From: a virus
IMG/VR virus record: IMGVR_UViG_3300030104_003796
Coordinates: 2,936-66,935 of that record
Direction: 5' to 3' (one strand)
Length of the DNA: 64,000 nucleotides
The notes below the pieces were generated by a model, which saw only the letters and a program-made list of their open reading frames with translations, was not told where the DNA came from and did not search any database. Every line of letters starts with the position of its first letter. Position 1 is the stretch's first letter. Both the position numbers and the translations under genes were made by a program. Of the stretch, positions 9,622-20,689 are shown piece after piece.

Positions 9622-9892
9622 AACGGCCTCAGATTTTTTTTGGAGATACCAAGAAGAAGGCGGTATGCAAAGCCTCAATTTAGACTTACTCGTAGCGGCT
9701 GAAATGAGCGAGAGAATAAACGAAGCATCAGAAAGCGCAAAAGGTTCTGCGGCGGCTAAGAAAGCCGTAGCAAGGCGCGACCGTAGGAGAGAGCAACGCA
9801 AACGCATAAATAACAACCGTGATTTATTTCAAATGATGAGCGATAGCGGTGTTCCGATTCAAGCCGCAGATAGTGAGAGCGTGGGTGAATGA
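9578..9892 (+). CDS. Tail assembly chaperone -1 frame extension (gpT-like)
   Basis: The -1 frame is open from the slippery site (CCC TTT GGA GTA GTG GCC...) up to the tape measure start. Confidence 0.7.
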   Translation: MAHAAPTLCMAFKGQTASDFFWRYQEEGGMQSLNLDLLVAAEMSERINEASESAKGSAAAKKAVARRDRRREQRKRINNNRDLFQMMSDSGVPIQAADSESVGE

Positions 9893-12825
9893 TAGAACCG
9901 GTCCTTTTCTTTTCTCCAATTTGGGTTATCGCTACTGCGGCAGTAGCCATGATTGTTCTTCGTGGTGGTGTATCTCGGTTATTCTTTAACCTTGTAGGAA
10001 CATTCCAAGCCAGCAGACTTATTCACGATGCGGAAGCCGCATCCATAGCACTTCAAGGTCTTTTTGTTGATGCCCTTTCCGGTGTGTTAGAAAGCGCACA
10101 AGAATTAAATCAACAAATCGTTGAAATCGAACAAGCGGTTATCCCTATTGCGAGAGAAGTCGAGATTGCGACCATTGAATTTGAGAAATTCTTTGATACT
10201 ACCGTTATTACCACAAATCAATTAGACAAAATGGCCCGAAGCGTTAAGGCTATTGGTGCTGAATTTGGTTTCGTAGGTGATGAAGCATTAGCCGCAGGTG
10301 GTAGGGCGGCGCAATTGCAGGCTCTTTACGGTCCGGGTGTTGTCGAGCCACTAACAAGGGGTGGTTTGGCTCTCGGATTCGTTGGTGATATGGGCGGTGC
10401 AGATGCACAACAGGCTTTAATTTCTCTAATGCAACAGAATGCTCTTGTAACAGGAGATTTAACACAGGCTCAATTCTCTCTCTTATCCTCATACGAACAA
10501 AGAGATGTGGTTACTGCATCTGTAGCCGACACACTAAACAAACTAAACAGCGTTGAAGATAGGTCGGCGGCTCGTATGCCGGAAATCATTGAAGCCATGA
10601 ATCATTTTGGTGGTGTAGCAAGATTAGCCGGAGAAGACATAGGGTTTATGGCCGCTATGACGGCGACATTGATTGAGCGTGGTATTCGCGCGGAAACTGC
10701 GGGAACGGCTCTTAGATTTACTTACGCAAGAGTCGGTGGTGATATTAACGGCGCAGGTCAAGCGTTAAGAGATTTAGGCGTGGCGACACACGACGCAAAC
10801 GGCGAATTAAGACCAATGCAACAGGTTCTCAATGATTTAGCACCGGCATTTAGTCAAATGAACGACCAACAACAACAGGCTCTCGCTCAGACTATGGCTG
10901 GTAACAGACATTATGCTCGTTTGCTTCTTTTGATGCAAGACCTTGAAAGAGCAAATATGCTTTTCAATGAGGCTCAACAACAAACCGGAAAAGTAATGGA
11001 AGAAAACGGAGAGGCCGCAGGTTATCTTGCTGACCTATTCGCAGATACCGCTTTCCAAATAGAACAGACAGAAGCAAGGATTACAAACTTACAAGCCGCA
11101 ATCGGTGAGCGATTATTACCGGCGCAGTTAGCCGCTCTTGAAGCACAAGAGGATATGCTTATCGCCATAGAGGGTATCATAGGTGCATTTGAAGGAACGG
11201 CAATAGGTGGATTCTTAGAACAATTATACGAAGCAAGACTTGTGATAATGAATATCTATGCGCCGTTCTTCCAATTATACCTAAATATCTATGCCGCTTC
11301 AATTGCGCTATCCGGTTTCAGACAGGTTATGAGGGCTATTAACGGAGAGCAGATAGCGTTTATTATGGGGCAACAAACAAACAACGCAGTTACTCTCGCT
11401 CAGGAAGATTTGAGAGCAAAAAAATTAACGATAAATAATTTAAAGCAACAGTCTTCTGCGAAGTTAGCGCAAATAAACGCAAGAACAAGTGTGTTAAGAA
11501 ATAAATTATTAGATAATAGATTAAAGAAAAATGGTGTTGAAGTAAAACAAAAACAATTAGTCTTACTAATAGACCGACAAACCGCTTTAGTAGCATTGAA
11601 AAAAGAAAAAGGACAAAAATCAATGGTTAAATTAACTGCGATAAATAAAGAAATTAAAAATCTTGAAAAAGAAATAGAGAAGCAAATACTCAATACAAAG
11701 AATGCAGAAGCCGGAACAATGAAAAAAATAACCGCTTTAGAAAAAGAGCATTTAACATTGGTTGATTTGATAGCCCACCACACTAAAGATTTAGTTTTAT
11801 TACAAGAAAAACTCACCGCCGAAATAGAGCAAATGAATGCCGAGTTAAAAGAACAAGGCGCAATCTTAACCGGAAACCAACACGCTTTGACCGGTGCGGT
11901 ATCGGGCGCGATGGCCTTTAGTGGTGTGGCTATGATTATGTCTATGATATTGATGGTTGTTGGAGAAAACATAAATAAAATACTCCCTAAACAATTAGAA
12001 TTTGCGAACAACGCAGAAATTATGATGGTCGCTATGGTATTCTTAGCGGCTTCCTTTGCACCGATGATAGGTCAAATGATAACAACTATTGGTTTATTAA
12101 CCGTAAAAGCAGGTATGACTTTGTTTAACATTGTTAGAAATGTTTATCTCGCCGCTTCTAATTTTATGGTAGCGGTAAGTGAGGGTGGCCTTGTAACCTC
12201 GCTTAAGGCTTCTATTTTTGCTATGGGCGCAAAATTGAAGGCTATGGTGTCGGCGACGTGGGCGGCGGCGACGTTGGCCATTTCTAATATAGGGTTGGCG
12301 GCGAGTGAAGGTATAGCGGCGGGGGGTGCAACGGCATTAGCGGCGGCATTACAGGCTGTATTTTTAACAATAGTTGGTATTCTTGGTTTAACAGGTATAG
12401 GTCTTGCTCTTGTTGCGTTAGCGGCGGTGGCGATAGTGGCGGCAAAAAAATTATTGCCTTTTAATTTAGAGATGCAAGATACTATGACTAACATGGAAGA
12501 TTTCGCAGATATAGATGTGCCTACTTTCGATACAGGGTGGATGGATACTTATACTGATGGATTAAATCAAGCGAATGATGCACAAGAAAAATTCAACAAC
12601 AGTCGAGAAGAAATGTTCTTTGGATTCAAAGCAGGTAATGTGCAGGGCGCATTAGTAAAGCAGATTCGACAACAAGGCGTTGAAACATTCATAGCCAACA
12701 CAGAAGTTATACAGACTAATAATTTTAACGGTATGACTACAAAAGAGATGGCTAACATCGTTCTTGATGCGATAGAGAGTGAAGCGGGCGCAAGAGGCAT
12801 AAACCTCTCCGGTGTGAGTGTGTGA
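9889..12825 (+). CDS. Tail tape measure protein
   Basis: TP901-like core (GIRAETAGTALR, LRDLGVATHDANGELRPMQQVLNDL), coiled coils and hydrophobic segments. Confidence 0.9.
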   Translation: MIEPVLFFSPIWVIATAAVAMIVLRGGVSRLFFNLVGTFQASRLIHDAEAASIALQGLFVDALSGVLESAQELNQQIVEIEQAVIPIAREVEIATIEFEKFFDTTVITTNQLDKMARSVKAIGAEFGFVGDEALAAGGRAAQLQALYGPGVVEPLTRGGLALGFVGDMGGADAQQALISLMQQNALVTGDLTQAQFSLLSSYEQRDVVTASVADTLNKLNSVEDRSAARMPEIIEAMNHFGGVARLAGEDIGFMAAMTATLIERGIRAETAGTALRFTYARVGGDINGAGQALRDLGVATHDANGELRPMQQVLNDLAPAFSQMNDQQQQALAQTMAGNRHYARLLLLMQDLERANMLFNEAQQQTGKVMEENGEAAGYLADLFADTAFQIEQTEARITNLQAAIGERLLPAQLAALEAQEDMLIAIEGIIGAFEGTAIGGFLEQLYEARLVIMNIYAPFFQLYLNIYAASIALSGFRQVMRAINGEQIAFIMGQQTNNAVTLAQEDLRAKKLTINNLKQQSSAKLAQINARTSVLRNKLLDNRLKKNGVEVKQKQLVLLIDRQTALVALKKEKGQKSMVKLTAINKEIKNLEKEIEKQILNTKNAEAGTMKKITALEKEHLTLVDLIAHHTKDLVLLQEKLTAEIEQMNAELKEQGAILTGNQHALTGAVSGAMAFSGVAMIMSMILMVVGENINKILPKQLEFANNAEIMMVAMVFLAASFAPMIGQMITTIGLLTVKAGMTLFNIVRNVYLAASNFMVAVSEGGLVTSLKASIFAMGAKLKAMVSATWAAATLAISNIGLAASEGIAAGGATALAAALQAVFLTIVGILGLTGIGLALVALAAVAIVAAKKLLPFNLEMQDTMTNMEDFADIDVPTFDTGWMDTYTDGLNQANDAQEKFNNSREEMFFGFKAGNVQGALVKQIRQQGVETFIANTEVIQTNNFNGMTTKEMANIVLDAIESEAGARGINLSGVSV

Positions 12826-12829
12826 TGGT

Positions 12830-15800
12830 ATGGTAAGAACGGTCAATAGTAAATATGGTGCTTGGTTAGCAACCTATTACGATGACTTCGCAAGTGCGAG
12901 AGCCATAGCCAATGACGACAATTCACCTTCTGCTACCGCCTCATACGACAAAGATAAAACACACTATGGAAATCCGATGAACGGCGAGGCTATTCTCAAC
13001 CCCCGCTACCGTTGGTCTAACAACGAAATGAATAAAAATAATGGTTATAATACTGCTCTAATTGGTTCAAGCGATGAAACCAAAGAATTGTCTAATCGCG
13101 GAACATTTGAATGGTTATCTCTTGATACGACACGGCAGAAAGCCAGCGAATACGAAGGGAGAGCGCAATTACAATATCCCGATGGGAATGTCGGTAACAA
13201 ATGGCGATTCGATGCGAGCGGTAGTGATGCTTACCTTCTTTTTTCTAACGGGCATGATTCTTTAGGAAAATACATCGTTCCTCTTGGTGGGGATGACTCA
13301 ACCTTTGGTCGAGCCACTATGAATAACTACAATGTAGCAAACCACGATACAAATAAAAACGCGGGTGTGCATACTCAGACGGCAGGGTTTGTTCAGCGAG
13401 CGCATCTTGCTGGCGTTTGGATGGGAGAAACAACAGAATACGCACACAAAGATGGCGGCACAGTCGAAAGCCCACGAAACGTATTCCAGCCCGTTAAATC
13501 ACCATCGGGGCAACCATTTCTTGTAGTGCAATCATTTCACGCCAGCGATTCATCAAAGGCTTCAACCATTCCTTCTATTGCTTATGACGGTTCGTTGAAT
13601 AGCGTTGGTGATGACGATGTATTTACAGTTAGATTTGCGGTCCGAGCATATAGCGGGGCTACATCAAACGAAGGTAAATTAACACCTACTGCTACAGTTA
13701 AATTTGGATATACAGGTAGTGGTGCAGGAACAGACCTTGAAGATGGAATAAGTGGTGCGCCTAAAGTAGCATGGGAGATTGACCTTTCTTCTTACAACAC
13801 ACACCCGTTCAAATATGGTGATAGCACCACAGAAACAGACGAAGTAACGCATTGGATTGACCTTGATTTTGTCCTTGATTACACCAACAGTAAATTTAAG
13901 GTTTATCAAGATGGAACAGAAGTAACTTCAACAAACTCTCTCGGTGGTTCTTATTCATCCGGCTACGCTTTGACGAGCGCAACGGCGGCTGATATGTATG
14001 GTTGGGAAATGGAAGTCAAACCCGCATCATCACAAACAAATGTAAATTGTGTATTGATGCTTGACCGAGCCGCTATGTATAGACCGCTCACAGACCACCC
14101 CGACGGTAGGGAATTACCCCCTTTAGAACAAATGAAAATGATACAACCGGTAAATGGTTTTTCATCTTTGTCTGTAAAATTATCAGATGAACCCGCGCCG
14201 GAAGGTGGGGCGAATGTTGGAGTTAATACCGATGACTACGCACACCATTTAATATCTCTTTTTAATCGCTCGGCTATATCAGATATTTACCTATTATTAT
14301 TTACAAATCCCACAAGAGGATTTACAAACGAAACGCATACGATAGATAGACCAACATGGATGGGTGTTGTTGAAGATATGAAAATCCAACAAGAAACCAA
14401 AGATAGAAGAATCGAGTTAAAGGCAAGGGATATGACTTCTTTACTTGATAGACAAATCCCATTATGGGAAGTAGGACAAAAGGGATTGAATGAAGACGAA
14501 TCACAAACGCCTTATTGGTTATATGACGCACAAGGCATGAGAAGTATAATGAATCTCGGCGCAACCCCATTAAAAACATTAGATAATTCAGTAGGGTTTG
14601 ACGTTGATGACGATTATAAAGAATTGAAAAATCAAAGATTACAATTAAACTCGGCTCACCCTATCCAAATGTATAATAACGAAAACACAGATTACGGACC
14701 TAATGATATAGAAACTGAATATGAAGGTGCAGGTATTTTAGGATTCGGACAAGAATGGAGTAATGCAGTATCTCCGACTTCTATGACTAAAATACTTTTC
14801 AACGGAACAGTATCGTTTTCATCGGGAGATACATTTAAGATAACAGATTCCACAAATCATAATGGACCAACAATAGGTAATGCTACGGTTCAATCCTTTG
14901 GTTCGGGAACAGAAAACGGTAATTCATTTGTAACTATTGATACTCCAAATTATGTTTCTGAATCCCCTAAAATTTTATACGCCGGTCAAGGTAAATTTGT
15001 TAGAATAACAAGAACAATTCCGGGTTTCTTTACACATGATTATCAAGATGAAATAACTTCTTACCCCACAGCAAACGACCCTCTAAGTGAAAACTTAGTA
15101 ATAGCGTTTGACGCAGACCCACAATTGCTACCAAATGATACAATTTATATTTCTAATTATGATTTATCAACAAGCGGCACTAAAGCAAGCAGACAGATAA
15201 CACCACAAGCGTTGGCCGGTTTGCACAAAATAAAAAAGGTTACTAAAATTTGGAATTATTATTCGACATACTCAACCCAAGCATACATTTGGGTTGCTGA
15301 TACCTTTACAAAATATACAGATGTTGGGGCTGAATTTGGAACATATACAAGCAACACAGGATTAAAAAGCGGAGATGATAGAGGCTCTTTTTCAACGGAC
15401 AGGGGTATAACAAATACTATACCTACTGCACAAGATAAAAATTTAGACAATAAAGCGGTTCACGCTGTTTGGATGCGAGATTTACCTAAGTCTTTATGGT
15501 TTCAATATCATTTTGGGGATATACAAAAAGGCCCTACCGCTACCGCAAACTTAGGTGCTACTGCTTCATTCGGAACAGACGAAATACAAGTTAATTTCAC
15601 ATCAGACCAATTCAACGCCATACCGGATTCCGGCATAGGTGAGATAGACGACAAAGGTAGGTTAGAAAAAAATAGAATACGCGATAAATTTATCTATCGA
15701 GCAAAGGTAAATGATAGCGGCACTTATTGGTTGGTGGGTGTATCTTATTTATCTAAACCACACGCTACAACATATTCCGAAGTAGGGGTATCTTTAGCAA

Positions 15801-18800
15801 CACAAGTCCATATATGCAACATAAGTAATGATTACAAACACATTTGGTTGCTTTGGTCTGATATGAGAAACAATGGTAAGGCAGATGCAGACGGCGCATA
15901 TAGAAAAGAAGATTTTGGCCTTATTTATCCTACGAACGATAACTACGAAGTAAGTATGTTTTACACCGACCAAGATACTAACGCAGACGGAAAGCCCGAT
16001 AGATTTACGGAATTAAAATTAGGAGAAGAAATAGACCTTTGGAATATCAATTCAAATAATGACCCTTCAACAAACGGCGCATTTTCAAAGCCAGCAGATT
16101 ACGCAAACAAAGTAAGTATATCTTCTCTTAGCGATAATAGCGGTAAATTAAGAATTGCTACTTCTAATACCGGCTCAATAACTACTAATGATTATATTCA
16201 TCTAATTAACACCGGAAGCCACGATGGGTTACACAAGGTAACGAATGTATCTTCTAACACACATTTTGATGTTGATACTGATTTTATTTCCACAACAATA
16301 AATACCAAAGGTGGGTTTTATGCGCCAACAACGGGAAGCGACCAAGACTTATCACAGTATCAAGATTGGGAAGACAAAGGCGGCTCTTTCTTAACCATTG
16401 ATTGTTCTAAATTTTTCAACATGAATACTTTGGCTAATAGTGGTAAAACCGGACAATTTGCCGGTGGTAAAACAGACTTAGGGGATTTTATAGCGACCAT
16501 AAAAGGTTACCCAACACTTATAGATAATTATTGGGCGGAGATAACTTCAAACCCCGAAAATACAAATAGTCCTTACGCTTCTCACCGCAATAAAGACTTT
16601 TTAATAAACGAACCAAAAGTAATTAACAACGATATAGAGAAAGGAGATTTCTTCATAAAATTAGATAGCACACAAGGGTTTGATGAAAAAGGCGGATATG
16701 GTATTTTATTAGGCGTTAATAATGATTCCACGACCAACCAAACTACAACAAAAAGATACCTAAATTACAACCACTTATTAAATACAGAAGTTAGCGGAAC
16801 ATTAACTGCTAAATCTGCAAGCACTACAACATATACATTAACTGATTCTTCACAAACATTTCAAACAAAAGGTGTAAAGGCAGGTATGTTAATCGAAAAC
16901 ACTACTACCTCTTTAACAAATTATACACAAACTATATTAGGTGTAACATACACTATGAAAAGATTGTTTAGAATTAAATCTGTTGATAGCGAAACACAAT
17001 TAACAGTCCAATTGATGTATTACCTATCTTCTGAATTTGGCCCTGCTGGAACAAGCGCATTGGCCATAGGTCTTCACGATTTATCAAGCGTAAGAAACTT
17101 AACTGCGGGAGAACAGGCGTTATGGGGTAGCACAAATAACTATTCTATACCTATTCAATTATCCAACGTATCAACATTTGATGTGCCGGAAGATTATGCT
17201 TTGGATACTTCCGAGTTAGTAAATAAAGTAGCCGAAGCATATTTCAATTTAACCGAAGCCGACCATCATATAACAACATCTTTTTCAACATCTGCTTTTG
17301 ATACGATACAAATACATACGAGTTTATCACCGTTATTTTTGCTTAGATTGATGATGGATATTGACGGATTCGTGCGCTCACCTAACATGGGTTCTTTTTG
17401 GGATAGCGACAAATTCCGTTTGCTTTGGAATGCTGGTCTCATGCAGACATGGATGCCGCAAACGAGGTTACCTGTTGTGTTCGACATTAACAATGTGCCT
17501 ATTACCACAAACATGACTACATACAACGACAAGACAAGCAACGATTCATACGGTTCAATCGTTGATAGCAGGGGTAAAGCACTATGGGAAACAATAAGGC
17601 GTATAAAAGAAGGTTCGGGCGTTGGATATACTAATGGTTTAGCGACTACATTTTCTTATTTAGTCGGTAAAGACGGCAGAATAGAATACAGACCTAAATA
17701 CAATTCCGGCCACGACTTATCGAGAGATAACATACAAATAAATAGTCTTAAGACAAATATAGCAGGTCGAATATCTCATGTTAGATTGTATTATAGGAAC
17801 GGTCAATCGTTTGTTGATTTTCCCGAAGCGGCACTTACTGATACAACAAGATGGAAGATATTAGAATATCCCGAAGTGAACGGTGATTTAGAAGCCTTAT
17901 CATTAGCAAAGAAGGAATACAATTCATTGAAGGAATCGAGATTGTCTGTTAAGGCATCTCCTATGCGTGATACAAGCACAGACGACATAATGCTTACACA
18001 CGGTAGGTATGGCTACATAGCAGACCCATACAGGGCTATACAGGGCTACAATAACGCCATAGCCGGTGGTTCGTCATGGACTTCCTTTGCGGCTGGTGGT
18101 GCGCCCTTCACAGGTATGTCTAACGCCCTAAACGGCAATCTAAAGACTTCAACAGACATATACAACAGATACGGCAATTCTGCGTCTGCCGGTAGTAGTA
18201 GCACAATAAATTATGATGATAATTATTATTTCTATGGTGCTAACTCATTGGCTCATGCGGTGCAAATAGTCCATGTGCCTTCTAAGTGTCCTTTAGTTAG
18301 CGGCACGACAGGAGAGGAATTGAGAGTAGCGGTCCATCTTTCGGGCGGCACAACAATTGACGATGCACAATTCACAATCGGGCTTTACGATTACAGTTAT
18401 TCAACAAGCAGTAGCGCAAAAGGTGGCGGTGCGCCGACAATGGTTGCGAGTCTTGCTACTAACGGCTATGAGAAGGCTGATGCGGTCCAAAGCGGATTCT
18501 ATGAAATCAAAGTGCCGGACAGTTATGATGCAGACGGAATACTAAATGATGGTTCTATTGTTGTCTCATTCAACGCCGACTATTGCAGGGCTTTGTTGCG
18601 CCACAGATGCGGCGACCCAACCCACGCTAACATTCTAAAGAATGCTCACGATATTACAGGCATAACTTCGTTTGGTTCTCCATACAACACAAATAGCATA
18701 TTTCCTATTGGTATGAGAAAATTCACAGAAATGTCTTCATTTGCAGACGACAGAACGGAATGGTATGCACCAAGAGTCCATATCACTTATGATTATAATT

Positions 18801-19825
18801 ATGTTCCAGCAACCTTTGTAAAATATACGGATGCGGGTTTGGGGCTTAACAATGAAACAATGGTTATACGCCGCATAGATTGGTCGGTCAAAGGAAGAAA
18901 TATAGAAGAAGTTAATTTAGAATTAGAACGTGATGAATCATTATCAGCCGGTGGTATTACATCATATCTTTTCCCGACTTTCCCCGCTAATTCAAAAATA
19001 CCAAGAAACACTATGCCGGAAGCGTCTTCTTCCGGTCAAGACGGCGTGGTCGTTGTAAAGTCTATGCGAGAACCAATAGGTGAAATGGGCGATGATAACG
19101 ATGCGAACCCTACCGGTGGTGGGAATGCAGGAAGTGGTAATAGAGGCGCAGGAAACGGTGTCGTGTATTCACCAACAGTTAGCGTCAATCAATTTAACCC
19201 TAATTTCATTTCAAGAGTAAAGGGCCGTATGGCTATGGATGGGGATAAATTCGCACCTCAAGGTGAATTTGGTATCTTAGGTGGTGCAAGGCCAAGTGTA
19301 GCGGCATCCTCGATGCGTTCAATCGGCGGTTTAGAATACTTTATTCCAACAGAAGGTGCGGCAAGCAAAACGCCGGAAGGTATAAGTTTATCAGCCGGTA
19401 ATTTTTCTGTTGATACATCTTCAAGCGTGTTATCAGAAATAAAAGGAGTATTTACTGTTGCTTCGGATGTAATCACAGATGAGATAGGCTTACAAGTAAA
19501 ATTAAGTCATGGGGCATTAAGTAAATACAGTAAAACCGCTACTTTGTATGCCGAGATAAAATGTGTTGAAACAGATACTAACATTACAACAGCAATCAGT
19601 ATAAATTCTGGGATTGAAAATAAAACCTATTCAATCATACCAAGTGAAAGCCTGTCCGGTGCTTCGACAAAAGGCAATACATTAGAAATAAAATTGTATA
19701 GAAAGTATGGGGAAGGTGATGACGATTCAAATAGTGCAATTAGGATTAGTGAAGTTATGGTTAATCAAAGAAGGTCTGCTTTCCCATCTGCTAACCAATC
19801 AAAAGATTTTTCTCAATTCTCGTAA
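12830..19825 (+). CDS. Very large tail tip/baseplate-hub protein (~2330 aa)
   Basis: Follows the tape measure gene; S/T/G/N-rich beta composition; hub-like segments (WMGVVEDMKI...ELKARD; VGKDGRIEYRP). Confidence 0.7.
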   Translation: MVRTVNSKYGAWLATYYDDFASARAIANDDNSPSATASYDKDKTHYGNPMNGEAILNPRYRWSNNEMNKNNGYNTALIGSSDETKELSNRGTFEWLSLDTTRQKASEYEGRAQLQYPDGNVGNKWRFDASGSDAYLLFSNGHDSLGKYIVPLGGDDSTFGRATMNNYNVANHDTNKNAGVHTQTAGFVQRAHLAGVWMGETTEYAHKDGGTVESPRNVFQPVKSPSGQPFLVVQSFHASDSSKASTIPSIAYDGSLNSVGDDDVFTVRFAVRAYSGATSNEGKLTPTATVKFGYTGSGAGTDLEDGISGAPKVAWEIDLSSYNTHPFKYGDSTTETDEVTHWIDLDFVLDYTNSKFKVYQDGTEVTSTNSLGGSYSSGYALTSATAADMYGWEMEVKPASSQTNVNCVLMLDRAAMYRPLTDHPDGRELPPLEQMKMIQPVNGFSSLSVKLSDEPAPEGGANVGVNTDDYAHHLISLFNRSAISDIYLLLFTNPTRGFTNETHTIDRPTWMGVVEDMKIQQETKDRRIELKARDMTSLLDRQIPLWEVGQKGLNEDESQTPYWLYDAQGMRSIMNLGATPLKTLDNSVGFDVDDDYKELKNQRLQLNSAHPIQMYNNENTDYGPNDIETEYEGAGILGFGQEWSNAVSPTSMTKILFNGTVSFSSGDTFKITDSTNHNGPTIGNATVQSFGSGTENGNSFVTIDTPNYVSESPKILYAGQGKFVRITRTIPGFFTHDYQDEITSYPTANDPLSENLVIAFDADPQLLPNDTIYISNYDLSTSGTKASRQITPQALAGLHKIKKVTKIWNYYSTYSTQAYIWVADTFTKYTDVGAEFGTYTSNTGLKSGDDRGSFSTDRGITNTIPTAQDKNLDNKAVHAVWMRDLPKSLWFQYHFGDIQKGPTATANLGATASFGTDEIQVNFTSDQFNAIPDSGIGEIDDKGRLEKNRIRDKFIYRAKVNDSGTYWLVGVSYLSKPHATTYSEVGVSLATQVHICNISNDYKHIWLLWSDMRNNGKADADGAYRKEDFGLIYPTNDNYEVSMFYTDQDTNADGKPDRFTELKLGEEIDLWNINSNNDPSTNGAFSKPADYANKVSISSLSDNSGKLRIATSNTGSITTNDYIHLINTGSHDGLHKVTNVSSNTHFDVDTDFISTTINTKGGFYAPTTGSDQDLSQYQDWEDKGGSFLTIDCSKFFNMNTLANSGKTGQFAGGKTDLGDFIATIKGYPTLIDNYWAEITSNPENTNSPYASHRNKDFLINEPKVINNDIEKGDFFIKLDSTQGFDEKGGYGILLGVNNDSTTNQTTTKRYLNYNHLLNTEVSGTLTAKSASTTTYTLTDSSQTFQTKGVKAGMLIENTTTSLTNYTQTILGVTYTMKRLFRIKSVDSETQLTVQLMYYLSSEFGPAGTSALAIGLHDLSSVRNLTAGEQALWGSTNNYSIPIQLSNVSTFDVPEDYALDTSELVNKVAEAYFNLTEADHHITTSFSTSAFDTIQIHTSLSPLFLLRLMMDIDGFVRSPNMGSFWDSDKFRLLWNAGLMQTWMPQTRLPVVFDINNVPITTNMTTYNDKTSNDSYGSIVDSRGKALWETIRRIKEGSGVGYTNGLATTFSYLVGKDGRIEYRPKYNSGHDLSRDNIQINSLKTNIAGRISHVRLYYRNGQSFVDFPEAALTDTTRWKILEYPEVNGDLEALSLAKKEYNSLKESRLSVKASPMRDTSTDDIMLTHGRYGYIADPYRAIQGYNNAIAGGSSWTSFAAGGAPFTGMSNALNGNLKTSTDIYNRYGNSASAGSSSTINYDDNYYFYGANSLAHAVQIVHVPSKCPLVSGTTGEELRVAVHLSGGTTIDDAQFTIGLYDYSYSTSSSAKGGGAPTMVASLATNGYEKADAVQSGFYEIKVPDSYDADGILNDGSIVVSFNADYCRALLRHRCGDPTHANILKNAHDITGITSFGSPYNTNSIFPIGMRKFTEMSSFADDRTEWYAPRVHITYDYNYVPATFVKYTDAGLGLNNETMVIRRIDWSVKGRNIEEVNLELERDESLSAGGITSYLFPTFPANSKIPRNTMPEASSSGQDGVVVVKSMREPIGEMGDDNDANPTGGGNAGSGNRGAGNGVVYSPTVSVNQFNPNFISRVKGRMAMDGDKFAPQGEFGILGGARPSVAASSMRSIGGLEYFIPTEGAASKTPEGISLSAGNFSVDTSSSVLSEIKGVFTVASDVITDEIGLQVKLSHGALSKYSKTATLYAEIKCVETDTNITTAISINSGIENKTYSIIPSESLSGASTKGNTLEIKLYRKYGEGDDDSNSAIRISEVMVNQRRSAFPSANQSKDFSQFS

Positions 19826-20511
19826 TCTTTTCTAAGGGCAAGTATTTTTCTCGCCATCGTGCGGGTTATCCCGTCTATCTCCATCAATTGCTTCTGTGTA
19901 GTTTTCTTGAGAAGAAGGTTTGGTATCGAACTAAATTTCTTCAAGACGGCTTCTGCCCTCTCCGGCGTGATACCATGTATGTGTGTTAGAGCCGCTACTC
20001 GCGGGTCAAGGGGCTTTCCGGCAACGGGGCGTGGTTGTTTGGCCTTCTTGACTATCTCCATCTGTGTGTGCGACACCGCTAAGAAATCAACAAATTCTTC
20101 CATCGTAGCAAATTCCATATATTTGATTCGTGGGAATCGTTGATAGAAAGTTTGCTTGAATGATAGGATAGTCTTCTTCATCTTAGCGGTTTCGATAGCG
20201 TAATCTCGCTTAGTCATCTTACCTCGCACATAGGGCTTGAGGGTTGTTCCATAGACGACAAGCATAGGCTCGTCAAATTCCTCGTCTAAATCTCTCAATT
20301 GGTCTAAGATTGTCCGTGTCCTTCCCATGCCGAGAATAGAACGGTAAAGGTCATTTATCTCCTTAGCCTCTATACCACGATTACCTATGATGTAATCCGC
20401 CGCACTTAATCTTCTGACTTTGGCCTTGCCGCCTTTAGCATCGGCATCACCTAATTTAGCCATTATTTTATTTATGACGACTTCGTTTTCTCGGTCATCC
20501 ACTACCAACAT
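19813..20511 (-). CDS. ERCC4/XPF (Hef-like) structure-specific nuclease with C-terminal helix-hairpin-helix
   Basis: VDDRE, ADYII, IEAKEINDL nuclease motifs; HhH motifs IHGIT and IDGIT. Confidence 0.85.
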   Translation of the reverse strand: MLVVDDRENEVVINKIMAKLGDADAKGGKAKVRRLSAADYIIGNRGIEAKEINDLYRSILGMGRTRTILDQLRDLDEEFDEPMLVVYGTTLKPYVRGKMTKRDYAIETAKMKKTILSFKQTFYQRFPRIKYMEFATMEEFVDFLAVSHTQMEIVKKAKQPRPVAGKPLDPRVAALTHIHGITPERAEAVLKKFSSIPNLLLKKTTQKQLMEIDGITRTMARKILALRKDYEN

Positions 20512-20544
20512 ACCACTAAAAAATAACGGTGAATATATGAAGGG

Positions 20545-20685
20545 TTAGTCTGAACAACCCTCGCATCTCATCATACTTAATTCTCTATAACAAGCGGGGC
20601 ATATTGGTTTGCCGTGTTGCATCAATACGCCAACCTCTCCGGTCCATCCACAAAAGCAAGTCTTTATCGTTCCTAATATCTGCAT
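20545..20685 (-). CDS. Small Cys-rich (zinc-finger-like) protein, not in the ORF track
   Basis: MQILGTIKTCFCGWTGEVGVLMQHGKPICPACYRELSMMRCEGCSD. Confidence 0.5.
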   Translation of the reverse strand: MQILGTIKTCFCGWTGEVGVLMQHGKPICPACYRELSMMRCEGCSD

Positions 20686-20689
20686 CTTA

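Noticed and set aside
11400-12800. Antisense ORFs over the tape measure gene and other long genes
   Set aside because: They overlap well-supported genes and have no leaders or motifs.
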